From Phoronis australis (taxonomy: Eukaryota; Animalia; Phoronida): a DNA stretch of 37,523 nt. How positions within the stretch are numbered: position 1 is the first letter of the stretch; each line of letters opens with the position of its first letter. The translations under genes were made by a program, and so were the position numbers. Shown here in pieces: positions 23,601 to 35,725 of the stretch. The stretch covers positions 104,212 to 141,734 of the forward strand of contig NMRA01000797.1 of the NCBI GenBank assembly GCA_002633005.1, written 5' to 3'. Below the pieces are notes generated by a model. That model worked only from the letters and a program-made list of their open reading frames with translations. It had not been told where the DNA came from and did no database searches.

Positions 23601-26600
23601 AGGACGGACATAATGTTTTACTTTTTCGTGCAATCCATGCATGTACATCGATTGTCCTTCATTAATTCCCTTTTTCCTTTACCGTAGCCTTATCCGTCTG
23701 AATTTATGTCTTCCTTAGTATGATGTAGTGTGTCATATTGTATTGCATTACTCTGTGGACCGTCGTTGTAAAATGAATGAATCAATGAAACAAACTATCA
23801 AGTAGGTGTGAAATTTTGAGGTCTGTGCGAGATTAGCACGCACTGCTTTTCCCCGCTGTATTTGCATGTTAGTTACCATGCAGTTGATTAGCTGACTGGG
23901 GATTATCATGAAATGCTGGTTATTTTTGATTAAAAATCAATGTGATGTTATGACAGCAGTATTTAGAAAATATTTCGTCTGATTTTGTTTGTGTTGTAGT
24001 TTTTTATGACAAAATTAAGGACACTGCATCTTTTAAGGGTATTTCTAAATCAACGTGTCAATATCTTTCTTTCATCAAGGCATGCTTCTAAATTTGCTAA
24101 CAAAGAGAAGTTCGGTGTTGATACCGGGTATAACCACTTCGGCAAAGAATCCGCTCCTTGTAAATCAAGCAGAGATGACTCGGGTGGATACGACTCCACC
24201 TACCGAATGGCGGTCTACTACCCTGGACAGAGAATTGTGTTGACACATCCAACGAAGGTAAGATAGCTTCTTGCTGGCTTGCAATCAGGCGAGTTCACGG
24301 CCATACTGGTTCTTCAATTTTTCATTTCTGACATTTCAGAAGTGGTTGTCAACGAGTACCTTAGGCTAATTCACATGCTTTCTCTGTTCGATCTTCTGCT
24401 TTTTAGAATCACGTGGCCGAAACGTGCACCAATATGTGGATCCCAGACAATGGAATGATGCTTTATATGTCTGGCAAGTCCGGCGATGTAAAGATGTCCG
24501 AGTATAAAGCCAACCCAATCTGGGACTTTGGAAAGTAAGGACGTGTTAATGGCTATGTTATTACTGTTTTGAGTAGCGTAGCAATTTTTCTTGTCCATGT
24601 CTGTTTCCCAATTATTGCGCTTTCGAAACATGCCCAGTACGTGGTAAATGTGGACTCAAGATTACAAGACACTAACTCAGCAATTCAGTTCGGCGTCCGT
24701 GTAAACAGCCTGGACTGGTATTAATATTCTTCAAAGTCACATTTATCAGAAACATTTAGAATGTTTATTGTGTGTTTTTATTAAAAAATCAAGGTGATAA
24801 TATAGGTGGCGCGAGAACCACAAGTGAGTGTTCGCGAGATATCGCCATGCCTTACAAGCAAAGCATGTGGTCATTCTAGCTTCATTCGCGAGGGTCCGTG
24901 GACCTTTAATTGCTTGTAATGCTCGAAGATTTGGCTTTTCCCAATCTCATTCTGAAATGTGGCCACCGTATTTAACTGCTGCTTTCATGTACATATACCT
25001 ATTTAACAGGAAGTATGAGAATGACATACAAGTTCCAGAAACATATCGTGGTCAATGTAACATTCTTATGAATTGTGCTGCTAAAATATTAACACTTAGG
25101 CTACGGCTGAGACCAATTTGGACTGACAAAATATTAAAATCGAGAGGTAGGCCAGGCTTGGGCGTACTTTTTAGGTAGGTGTTACATGTAGGCTCCGTGA
25201 TTGTGGTTTGTTTGTATTTGTGATCATGTTAAGAATGCGAAAAGACCACTTGCTCGGCTGTAGCTGCAATCTCCTTCAAGATGGCGGCCCCCTGTTGCAT
25301 GTGTGCATTGCTGGGCTGCAATTTCAGGTAGCTCTCAAACAAGACAGAATTGCCGAAACATGGTTGATTGACAGTATTTTTGGACCACATTTTTGAAATT
25401 GGTAGGAAATTTGCTTTCATAATCTAATGTTGACTTATGTCGTGTATCGACACAGAAGTGGTGGTTTTGGGGTGAACAGTGCCAATTTTGTGATTTTTTT
25501 CTTTTTTTTTTCTTTGCCTGCCTTGCTTTTCAGTAGGATTGAAAGGGTAAAAATACAAATCAAAATAAAGTTTTTGTATTCATCTATAGGGCTTCTGGTG
25601 TAAAATGACTCAAAAGGTTTCGTTTTTTGCCTACAATTTTTGACAGAATGAAGAAAGGGTGGCAATTCCATTTGACGACGAGTGTTCTGGGAGGCAAACC
25701 CCTGTGAGAACTGTTCTGATTCATTTGAGTTTGGGTTAGGCTTAAGATTTGACCAAGCAAGTCATCTGTAAATGTATACCGTATAATTCAAATAGGTTTT
25801 AAAACATTTGGTAATGCTGTATGGTAGGGTGATGGCGTTTTTAAACATTCGGCATCATGTTCTCAGGATCAATTTTAATTGCAGGGTATAACAACTTGTC
25901 TTTTACGTACTTGTATTGACTCTTGGGTTGTCTTCCTGTGTGAATTTCGTGTCAAGAAAACAATACAGCCATAATCTCCAGATTGTTCGAAGGTTTATAA
26001 AAATCACTGTGTTTTAACTAAAATCCCATCCGTTGAATATTCACAGGCTGTAACTATGTCCACTTACAGGTCACCCAATGGTCAGAATAACGGAATGAAT
26101 TTTGACAAAAATCTTCTTTCAACTTACCCTAAGCCTGGATATCAAAACGCACCAAAATTCTGCGAGAACATGGATAAAGCATTGGCAACTATGGCGTTTG
26201 ATCTCCCTACAGACGTAAAGCCAGGTACACATAGTTGTGTCCGTTATACATTTTTTTTAATTCTGCTCTTATGAAATATTAATCTTGTTTATTACCTGGC
26301 GATAGCCTTGTATCTTACTTGTCTATAGATTTTGTTTTTGGTTTCTTTGTTCGCATTGACGTGAAATTTACAAACTACCTGTGTGTCATCAATATATCTC
26401 GAGGTCTGTCATCTTTAGTTGACATCTGGCGAAAGGTGGCAAAATGGCGGCCATTTTTCAATTTTTCGTTTCCAGAGTCGTATTTTCGGCATATCTTTAC
26501 TGATCTTTTCGCAATTTGGTGCGTGGATAGACCTCACCAAGCGTTATCAGTGTTTAAAACTACTCATTTTCCGCTACAGCTCACTTTTCTTGAGTTATTC

Positions 26601-29600
26601 GAGATTTTTTGATGACTGCTCGTAAAATTTAGTTTTTGTGCCCTGTCTTGGGCGTCCATTGACGGTTATGTCGGAAATTTAGTTTGTAGATACATCTTCT
26701 CTAGCTCTATCGGCAATGTGGGTCTTGTGTCTCGCTTCGACTTAATGTTTACGTGACTTTCGGGATGTCCTAGTCAGATGACTTCTTTTGTGCTAATTTC
26801 TAGCTGCACTTTTGTTGGTCTACCATGTTTGTGCTACAGGTCGAATATTTTCTGTCGTTATCACGAAATTTACTCTGACGTTTATCTCGTCAGTAGCTCG
26901 AAGACTGGTTTTTATTCGATGGCGATGTGACGTCATTTGTTGAATAATCCTTCGCGGGACTCTAGTAGCTCCGCAATCCTCTGTTAGAACATTCTAAATG
27001 TTGGCGTAATGGGAATAGACCTCCTTGAGCGCTATAAGTGGAACATTATTGGTTTCTCGCTATGACCAACCGTTCTTGAATTATTCGAAATGTTCTGATA
27101 TGATGACTGCTCTTTCATTGACTGACACTTTGATGCAGTGTTATAGTTTATCTTTTACTGTATGTTGGTGTAATTATCGTCGGAGTCGTAGTTGTTGGTG
27201 ATCTTGGTTTTGTCGCCGTCAGCTTTTAATTTTTTTTCGATTTCGCCAAGTATTGCAAATCAAGGAGCTTTTCTTTATATTGATATTACGGTGCACATTG
27301 TCCCAGTCACCTTCAAACAGAATTGGACATTTATGCTTGACAATAAATATATGCGTCACGAAAAGAGCACACGCGTTGTTGCTTCTGTCCACACTTTAAA
27401 TGCCGTGTGCCCTTCTCGGAAAAGAATTCGACACTAGTTTCCCTAAAACTCGCGAATTACATCATTGTACGCGTTTAAACAACGTCGGAGTTGTGGTTTG
27501 AATCGTCTGGCTATTTCAGGTCACTTTTCTTGAAAATTACTCGGATTGTGAAGTTTTACTAAATGCTACTTTGGCGTCTCAAGAATGGTCAACTTCAAAG
27601 TAAGATAATCAAGGAATTAAGTGTTCAGTAATCCGCAAATAACACGTATTAGCTTGTATTAATTCACGACTCGATTTTGACCGCCGCAAAATTAAACCAA
27701 AACATGCAGATCGGTTTTGGACGTAAAAGGGATTCCATCCGAAGGCTTTTGATGACGTTTTGGGGCTCTGGTTTGGAAATGCACTGCGTCATATAGAAAT
27801 GCGTGCAAAATGTGTAACTGGAAATATTTAGTAACAAAGGTGATTTTTTTTTCTAGGTCGCTATAGCTTCCTTTGGGCGTGGTGGTTTAACACCAACTCT
27901 GACGAGTATAACGGCTGTTTCGAGGCAGATGTTGTGGCCACCAAAGCGGAAAGAGACGCCATCTTAAAACAACGAGGTCAGACGACAAATGACCCAGGTG
28001 AGGCCCATGGAATAATAAACTGTAGCATGGACAAACTATGGTTGTAACATGGGAGGGCATGCTCAGGTCAATTTCGAACTTTCCAAAATGGCATTAACGT
28101 GATCTCGCGAAACGCTTTCGGTTGGCATGTGTCCTAACAGAATACAAATCGCTCTCTTCACACCGTCTAAACCCACGCTCCGTCCAGTAAGCGCTCAGTA
28201 CCGTTTGCCGCTAAAAGTGGTCTCGGCTTGTTCCTTACTCGGAAGCGAAGTGATTTCTGGGTTTGCAAACAGCTGGAAGTTCGTTATTCTTCGAGACCAT
28301 GGCTCGCCGCATGTAGTAACATACCGTGTAGATTTCGGCCTTTTAACTACAAAATTGGCACCCGTTTTCTTGTCTTGAAATCACCCTGACGAAGATGAAG
28401 TTTGAGACCAGTGTTATAAATCTAAGTTGTTTTTTGTGCCGGAAAGCGAGCTTGTAGCCGTTTCATAAAAAGTGAGAAACGCAAGAAAAGAAATTTGTTG
28501 CATCAACATCACAGTGCATTAGGTCGTTTTCATGCTTGGAGTTGTAATTGACCCGTTTAATGATAGACGGATATGTGAAATTACAATGGATTGTGGACTG
28601 CCGTTCGATACTAAAGGTGATTTAATTAACGTGCAGCGGGGTTGAGAGAGTGATTGATTCTTTTATTTCAGTCAACATTTACGACAAGAACGGTGGCGGC
28701 AAGCCAGTGACCAGCGCCCCTGGTGCTAGCTCAACAACTGATGGCGCTGTCATCAAAGTCGACGGAGGGTGGGGAGCGTAAGTTCAATAATTGCTGTTTC
28801 ATTTTAAATTTCTTGTCGACTTTGTCGTTTTGCTGTGGACAACATTTTTATTTGATGGCAATTAACAAAAGACTGGTACACTTGGAGGAAGGGATTCCTG
28901 TTCTCTTAACAGATTGTGGGCTGTGATAAATTTGCTTCTTATAAAAGGGAGGAATTTTGAAATGTAGGTCACAGAAAAAAAATGTAAAACGTTCTGAAAT
29001 CCCAATTTCGGAGGATCCGCCCATCGGGAATTTCCCACCATCTTGCGGGGCCGAATCCTTGGACTAGATTTTAGAAGATGCAAATAAACAAAGTCAGAGC
29101 CACACATAGGCCTAGAGAAGAAGTGGAACTCAATCTGGAGCCGGAATATTGAACAAGTGTTCACTGTTTTCCTCGTTTACTACCAAAAGGTTAAATCTGA
29201 CATTTTTTCTTAACTGCCATGCATCAATCGTTTGTGAAAATCATAATTTTGATTCGTGTTTTGGGTGAAAACCATTGTTTTGTTTGGTTGATACGACGGA
29301 CGGGGTAGCGTGATGAGATCATGTACCAAACTGGTTGCTCCTGCGGAGTGTCTCTCGAAACTAACTTGATTTATTCCGTTTGAAGTTTTCAATTCTGCCT
29401 TGACTTAATCAGCACTGGATCTCTAAACGAATGTAAATAGTAGGGCAATTCCAACTCGTAGATTTTCCGTCTGGGGCGATTGTTCTGTCACGTGCGGAGG
29501 TGGAGTTCAACGGCGCGTGAGACATTGTGACAACCCAGCACCACAGAACGGCGGCGCCATGTGCACAGGCAATGACGAAGAGACAAGAAATTGTAACACT

Positions 29601-32379
29601 GACCGATGTCCACTTACGGGTGGAGTGACTTTCAACAGTAAGTTGACAATTTCGGTGCAAGAACTAGTATGCATCTGCTTAGCAATATGTTACGGTTTGC
29701 GTAAATATATTGACTGGATTTGTTTGACGTATTATTCAACAGCACTTTTTCAACGACAACAACAGATGTACGCCACACGTGGAACCAAATAATGTAATTA
29801 GTAATTTGCCAGAACCAATTACTTGACACTGTTTTGGTAAATGCTGCTACAACATTAAATTCTGAAGTTTACATTAAAAAAACAACCAAGTCTTTTTAAC
29901 CACGAGATGAATTTAAATAATTTGTAGACCTAAAAGTTGAGTTTACTTCTCACTGGGGGCATGGGGCCAACGCCATTGTCGTGTTACCAAGCAACAGGCC
30001 TAAGGACGCGACGTACGTCATTGAATTTCCGTGCCCACCACAGGGAGTTTACGTAAGTGACCACTAAATTTGAAAAGTATGTATTTTACTTCGTGAGATG
30101 ATCATGCCCGGGCTGCACACCATAAGGGGCTGGGGCTACAGCCCCCACTTTTTCAGTGCTGTAGTTCTTTGGTGAAGAATTGCATACACACGTATGATTG
30201 TGCTCCATAAACGTTCGTCTACGGTATATCATCTATTTACCTCTTCAGTCTCCCATTTTATAGTCTCCATCATTCAGCTGAATTTTGTTATGATGCCAAA
30301 TCACCGAACACTGTCCATACTAACTATCTACATGTACAGTAGCATAGAATAGTCAAGTGTTTAAACAAGTATCAAGGGATTAAATATGAAGAATTCCCAT
30401 GGTACATCTGATTCTGACCACTAACGACGCCTCGTGAATAGTTTCAAACAAGTGAACTTAGTTACCATCATCAATGCATAATTTACATACCAACAAGTGC
30501 AGTGTCTTATGTAATCTCGAACCCAGACTCTAATAGGATTGGAGTTTGGTGAAGATCCCGAAATGGTGGTCATTTGGGTAATTACCATGATAAGCTACGA
30601 GGCACTTTACATGCAATTGCGTATTGCAGTATTTCAAAATTGTCTCCTGTTTCTCTCAATTTCGATGTGATTTTCTTCTGCTCATTGATTTTTTAAGATT
30701 TATCAAAATCACCAATTGATCATTATTGGAAAAGTTTTCATACATATAAAACTGTATGCACAATGGTAGTGTAACCGAAGCGAAATATTCTGATCGGGTG
30801 GCAAGTATGCTACCCGAGTGACGTCATGACCGTTGGATATGGTGGTCGCATCCGTTTATCAGCTTGATAGCTGTGGAGGACTCTAAGAACAAGTATTTCA
30901 TGATCAGGGGATTTATGGCGATATGTTGGCGTTTAGTGCTGTTCTTCAGACCTCATCGTTTATTGGCTAATCACCTACCAGTTGCCATGTTGTTTCACCC
31001 GTCCCGTGTGGAGTATGTAAAAAAGTCACAATCTGTTTTGACAGCACATTTTGGTGGTAATTTTGGACAGTGTGTCAGTAGCGTTGACCAAAAATATGGT
31101 CTAGCAATATGCATTGTGTTTGTGTTATTTTATTAGAAATAGTCGATTCCTCAAAAGACTTTCTGTCAAAGTTCACTGAAATCGAGCAGTCTACCTCATC
31201 GTTGTTGAAAATGGACGTCGTAGCCCAGCAAGCACAGTTGAGCAGGGTTGGTTACAACGCTCGACCTCGTAAGGCATGCACTTAAATTTTAACGGTGCAC
31301 TGTCACTTAGCGTGCTCTTAGGTTTTTACAATGTACGTGTACAGTCACTCGGAGCATTTGTTTCGAATCAGGTAAAAGGTGGAGCCGTAGAGCCAGCCAG
31401 AATTAACCTGGACTCCAGAGCTATTTTAATAGCTTTAAAAAGTTGCAACATGGCGGGCTGTGTAAGGAGCTGGTCAAAGACTGCGTGAAAAGAGCTGGCA
31501 AACGTGTTGAGCCTGTGTTAGAAAAAGAAGCGAAGAGCCAATTACAGTGGATGAAAAATCTCATTAGAATAAGCATTTGGGAATGAAAATGACTACCTTG
31601 AGAGATGAGTTGGACATTTCTAGATAGGTCGAGCTTGCTCGGCTAGACAGTCGGGTGGGTTTGTATTCTGTCTCTTATTCCACATATAGCTCGCCATTCG
31701 TGATTTCCTTTGATTCAGTGCGTAAACATACAGTTTTTGAAAAGCTTGCAATGTATCCTATCTTAACCTCTTGGATTCCTTGACGAGTCTTAAACACGTG
31801 TGAACCATTCCAGCCTGTTTTCGACTGATCTTGACTTCATTATAGAAACAAAACTTGTTTTCTTTAATGGCCAAGTCTGCTCGCTTATACACTTCTGGGA
31901 GGTAACTATTATCACATTACTGTGTTTTTGGACGCCATGACTGAAATCTAAAATTACGGGTCCTGGCATTGAGAGCTTGCGAAGAAGATGGATTTTCATG
32001 GTCAAGAGGGGTTTATCAAGGAAGCTGACGGTCAATGGCTTTACAGTTGTTTACGAAACTAAAAAAATCAAGTGATAAACACGCGAGATAATTGTTGTTT
32101 TTTTTTTCAAAAAAGGTGGTCCAAGAAAAATTCGTGTAATTCTGTTCAATTTTTCTATCCGTCGATTATGTCACGGCAGCTAAACGGAATTTACCCTCTT
32201 TGCAGCCTTGGCATGTGAACGATGTGAGTGCCTCAGATGAGAAGGCGCAAGGAATCTACAGCTTCAAACAAACTGACCAATGGATGAGAGACAAGCCAGA
32301 TTTTGGTTTCACTGTCCAGTTTGGTCAGTGCAAAGTTCAGCAGGGGTCGGAGGTGAAGATTACTGCCAAGCTTGGCTGA
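20487..32379 (+). CDS. Gene copy B: intact 437-aa secreted His1 LPMO-like domain + TSP1 + CBM2-like protein; 9 exons
   Basis: Exons 20487-20617, 24080-24257, 24407-24534, 26070-26224, 27857-27997, 28672-28777, 29462-29637, 29928-30052, 32206-32379; 1314 nt, all GT-AG, no internal stop. Confidence 0.92.
20830..21000. mobile_element. Intronic MITE-like inverted repeat
   Basis: Perfect 15-bp inverted pair GCAGTCGCCATTTTA / TAAAATGGCGACTGC; not seen in copy A intron 1. Confidence 0.55.
24080..24257 (+). CDS. Copy B exon 2
   Basis: catcaag|G HASKFANKEKFGVDTGYNHF...LTHPTK|gtaaga. Confidence 0.9.
24407..24534 (+). CDS. Copy B exon 3
   Basis: tttttag|NHVAETCTNMWIPDNGMMLYMSGKSGDVKMSEYKANPIWDFG(K)|gtaagg. 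Confidence 0.9.
26070..26224 (+). CDS. Copy B exon 4
   Basis: ttacag|G SPNGQNNGMNFDKNLLSTYPKPGYQNAPKFCENMDKALATMAFDLPTDVKP|gtacac. Confidence 0.9.
27857..27997 (+). CDS. Copy B exon 5
   Basis: ttctag|GRYSFLWAWWFNTNSDEYNGCFEADVVATKAERDAILKQRGQTTNDP|gtgagg. Confidence 0.9.
28672..28777 (+). CDS. Copy B exon 6
   Basis: Same peptide as copy A exon 6; tttcag / gtaagt. Confidence 0.9.
29462..29637 (+). CDS. Copy B exon 7: thrombospondin type-1 repeat
   Basis: tcgtag|A FSVWGDCSVTCGGGVQRRVRHCDNPAPQNGGAMCTGNDEETRNCNTDRCP..|gtaagt. Confidence 0.93.
29928..30052 (+). CDS. Copy B exon 8: CBM2-like, first half
   Basis: ttgtag|NLKVEFTSHWGHGANAIVVLPSNRPKDATYVIEFPCPPQGVY|gtaagt. Confidence 0.88.
32206..32379 (+). 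CDS. Copy B exon 9: CBM2-like, second half
   Basis: ttgcag|PWHVNDVSASDEKAQGIYSFKQTDQWMRDKPDFGFTVQFGQCKVQQGSEVKITAKLG*. Confidence 0.88.
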   Translation, partial: PWHVNDVSASDEKAQGIYSFKQTDQWMRDKPDFGFTVQFGQCKVQQGSEVKITAKLG

Positions 32380-32588
32380 TTATCCCGTAATGCGTCTACT
32401 ATACACAGCTTAGAGCTGGGAAGGAAATCCACCTTTGCACGACGGCTACTTCCTTCGTAAAATTCTGTTAAGAAAACTAGAATTCAAAATCTTTGAAGTG
32501 GAAATCTTAATTCAAGCTGTACTTTCTACAAACATTTCGGGAAATGAAACGGACTGATCTTTCCGATTGTGTTAATTTGTCTAACTGG

Positions 32589-32594
32589 AATAAA
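32589..32594 (+). promoter_or_regulatory. Candidate polyadenylation signal of copy B
   Basis: AATAAA ~210 nt after the stop. Confidence 0.45.
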
Positions 32595-33177
32595 AGCGAA
32601 ATGCACAGCAAATGTAACAAGTCTTACACACATCTATATTTTGTACCTACAAGGTACTACAAATTTTCAACATATACACGATATTTGCATTACAAATAAA
32701 AAGGACATCAATTCACACATAAAAATAGTTAAATGAAAAACATACAGCATAATTTATGGAAATAAAAAACGTTGCCTCATCTTGCTTTCATAATACTTAG
32801 AGATTTCGTTTTTGCCAAGGATCTCGTATGGCATGAATGAACTTCTAAATGTAACTAGAAGTTATTGAAAAGAAAATGGCAACTTTACAAGATTCACATC
32901 TAAAAACGTGCGATTGCACGAGCTAGACCAGAGAAAAACTAACTTTGAAGCTTAATCTGCCAGAGTAATGACATAAACGGTTGCCCATGGTGTATTGCAG
33001 TGAAGACTACCTGTTGGTGACAAGTGGTTTGGCTTTGATGAATCGCAACAGTGCAATATTGCTCTATCTTGGTCTAAATACACAATAAAATGGTGTCACT
33101 TCAATATTGGCACTATGTTTAATTTTACTTAAGACTGTGCCGATAACTTCTACAGAAATGCCTTAGAAGAGAGAATT

Positions 33178-33528
33178 TTAGCCAAAGCAGCAATCACAAT
33201 ACTTGTTAAACGGCCTCTTGTTGTTGAAGATTTCTTTACACAGAGATGGGTTCTCCTGTTTCAAGAAGTCGTACACAGCTTCGATTCTAACTCCTTGCTC
33301 CATGTGGCTTCCGTTCTCAACCTTGGAAACCTCGTACACACCTGGTGCAATATCTGGCAACGCTATGGAATGAATTGCTGCAACAGCGACGTTGTAGTCA
33401 TGCGTTTGTGCGAAGGCTGGACTTCCAGAACTTCCACCGAGAAAAAACATATTTGTGTGGTAGTGGATTCTCCGCTCATCCTCAATATTTGGGTATTTTC
33501 TCTGCGAGTATTCTTTGATTTTATCAGG
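33178..33528 (-). CDS. FAM111-like trypsin-fold serine protease, last coding exon (catalytic Ser)
   Basis: gatttcag|PDKIKEYSQRKYPNIEDERRIHYHTNMFFLGGSSGSPAF..AIHS..EQGVRIEAVYDFLK..*; resembles FAM111A YTQRSF..ITYDTEFFFGASGSPVF as recalled; phase 0 joins the upstream exon. Confidence 0.82.
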   Translation of the reverse strand, partial: PDKIKEYSQRKYPNIEDERRIHYHTNMFFLGGSSGSPAFAQTHDYNVAVAAIHSIALPDIAPGVYEVSKVENGSHMEQGVRIEAVYDFLKQENPSLCKEIFNNKRPFNKYCDCCFG

Positions 33529-35093
33529 CTGAAATCAAATAATATTTATTGAGAAGACAGGCAGGAGTAGATGTATCATGATAAATGGGAGTAGCGAGAA
33601 AACGAACGTTACAAAACAAATAATCCTAACTTTTTATTCACACCACTAACATGTATGATTACACTTGTTCCTTATTGACAGGAGACTTGGTTTACGGTCT
33701 TACAAATTTCTGTAAGCAAACAAAATAACACGCCGTGACAAGTGGGCTCGTACAGTTTTTTCTCACATGACCTGGAATGTGTTACAACACGACTGGTTAA
33801 TAACACCGAGTACGTAATTTTTGATATTACATGGGCGAATCACAAAGTAGTGCAAAGTAAAAATCCATACGCCTTACATTTTATCGCCTGCAAAACACTA
33901 AAGCAACCAAACGCGCTGCAACCAAACAATGCCGGAATTCTGTGACAAGGTTGTGGTTGACACATCGGTTGTCGCAACTGTACGTGCTCCCAGTCGGAAG
34001 GACATGCAAACAACTTCTTAAACGGACCGATCTTCGGCGACGAGTTCCATATTCACGTTCATTCAAACGGAGACGAACCCCAACTCAAGAAACGCGGTGT
34101 GACTGTCTTACTTTGCCGTCTCAAAGCACGCGTTCCAAGCGCAGTAACACTATTCAAGAGTTAATTAAATGCAAGCCGTTACATGCTTGCAGCTCACTGT
34201 AATAGGTTACTTTAATACATCATACACCGTAACACTCTTCAACGAGTCGCAAACATGTCTATGATATGTCGTAGTCAACAGTTAGTCCTGTATAACGCGT
34301 TGAGTAAATTTTTAAACATAACGCGTAAATATCGTTTCACATTTTTTTGTAAATTTCAGTTTTACATTATTTTGCATCGTGTAGCTTGCTCAATGTAAAT
34401 ACAGAAAAATTATCTAATTTCTATCCCTAAATACTGAACACTAATTATCGTTAATCAATGCTGTACGCAATCAGGCAAATTTGGTTTGAAACGGGGTTTA
34501 TACTACGCGTGACTTTTTTTTTCGCAACATGCGTTCACTGGCGCTTCACTAGAATGATGACTCTGCGGCAAGTCGCGAGAGATTCTTCAACAAATTTTCA
34601 AAGTTGATCAAAACTCGCTTGGAGTCAACATATCGTATGCTAAGTCTTGTTATTCTAAGAAAGATTTTCCCGTATCAAATTCACACCACCGTAGACAACT
34701 TCGTGTTGCCGAGAGAAAGTCACCCCAAAGAGAGTTTTTAACATTTCGTGGACAGCAAATGAAACAGTCTGGTCAAGTTTTTGTTAATTTCTTCATAAGT
34801 TTCTTAAGTTAACTAAAATATTTTGAAAAAATTAACGTTGATAAAAGTATTTTTCCAGATATTGATCTTACCATGTGCCGACTCTAAAAACACTCGCTGC
34901 GCCACTGAACATGTTATCGGTGGCAGAAGCGTCCGCGTGTTTACAAATTTGTTGTGGATCTCGCTCTACACTGGTCCGTCCTTGAGATACCTTGGTAACT
35001 TCGAATTGTGAAAGGGGGATAACAACGTATCGGAGACTAACCCGTTATTACATCTTAACCCTTAGAAGCTGTGATCTAGGGAATGTTACAAAC

Positions 35094-35448
35094 CTCGAGT
35101 TTCTCCTTGGGTATTATTTCGCAGAACATGTCAACACGTTTGGGGTTACAGCACTGTATCACGGGATGTCCACCAAAGTGAAGCACGGAGTGGTTCCTAT
35201 TCACTTCGACGAATTCACGTATAGGCTCCGGCATAGATGGTCCCAGTTTTTTAACCTCACTTGCTGGTATTTCTAATACTGCAAAGTCCAATTCTTTATT
35301 GTATGCTGCCACGCAATTTCCAGTGAAGAATACCACTGTTTTTTGTGCATAGCAAGTAGTAGGGGCATCGAAGAAAAAGATGGCCTGTTGTAGTTCCTCC
35401 GCTGGAAAACAAAACGATGATGAAGCTGCTGCGATCACCTCTATATGC
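35094..35448 (-). CDS. FAM111-like serine protease, penultimate exon (catalytic His and Asp)
   Basis: aaccag|G HIEV...YNKELDFAVLEI...LHFGGHP...KRVDMFCEIIPKEKLE|gtttgt; His-to-Asp spacing 53 aa. Upstream exons not found in the window. Confidence 0.78.
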
Positions 35449-35628
35449 CTGGTTTTAAAAATTTAGTGTACCTTTGCGCGGAACAGACGTACCAGTGAGA
35501 AGTGCAGTCTGTCCTAGGTGTGGTACTGGCTCTGAGAGTCCAGTCATTTATAATAACACATGAGAACAAATGGAAACTTCTGATGATAGCTTCTTATTGT
35601 GGAGTAATTACTTATGACCTTGTGATAT

Positions 35629-35631
<3 letters not shown>

Positions 35632-35663
<32 letters not shown>

Positions 35664-35725
35664 NCACACACACACACACACACCACACACACACACACAC
35701 ATACACACACATATATGTACACACA
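35632..35725. repeat. (CA)n microsatellite with assembly N
   Basis: CA run, N at 35664. Confidence 0.95.

Noticed and set aside
23241-23648. Faint RecQ-like helicase remnants on the minus strand (YQQ, CCDV)
   Set aside because: Too degraded and frame-broken to support by eye.
34872-34990. Possible extra minus-strand protease exon (AG..GTAAGA)
   Set aside because: 119 nt would frameshift; the flanking exons already join in phase 0 with FAM111-like spacing.
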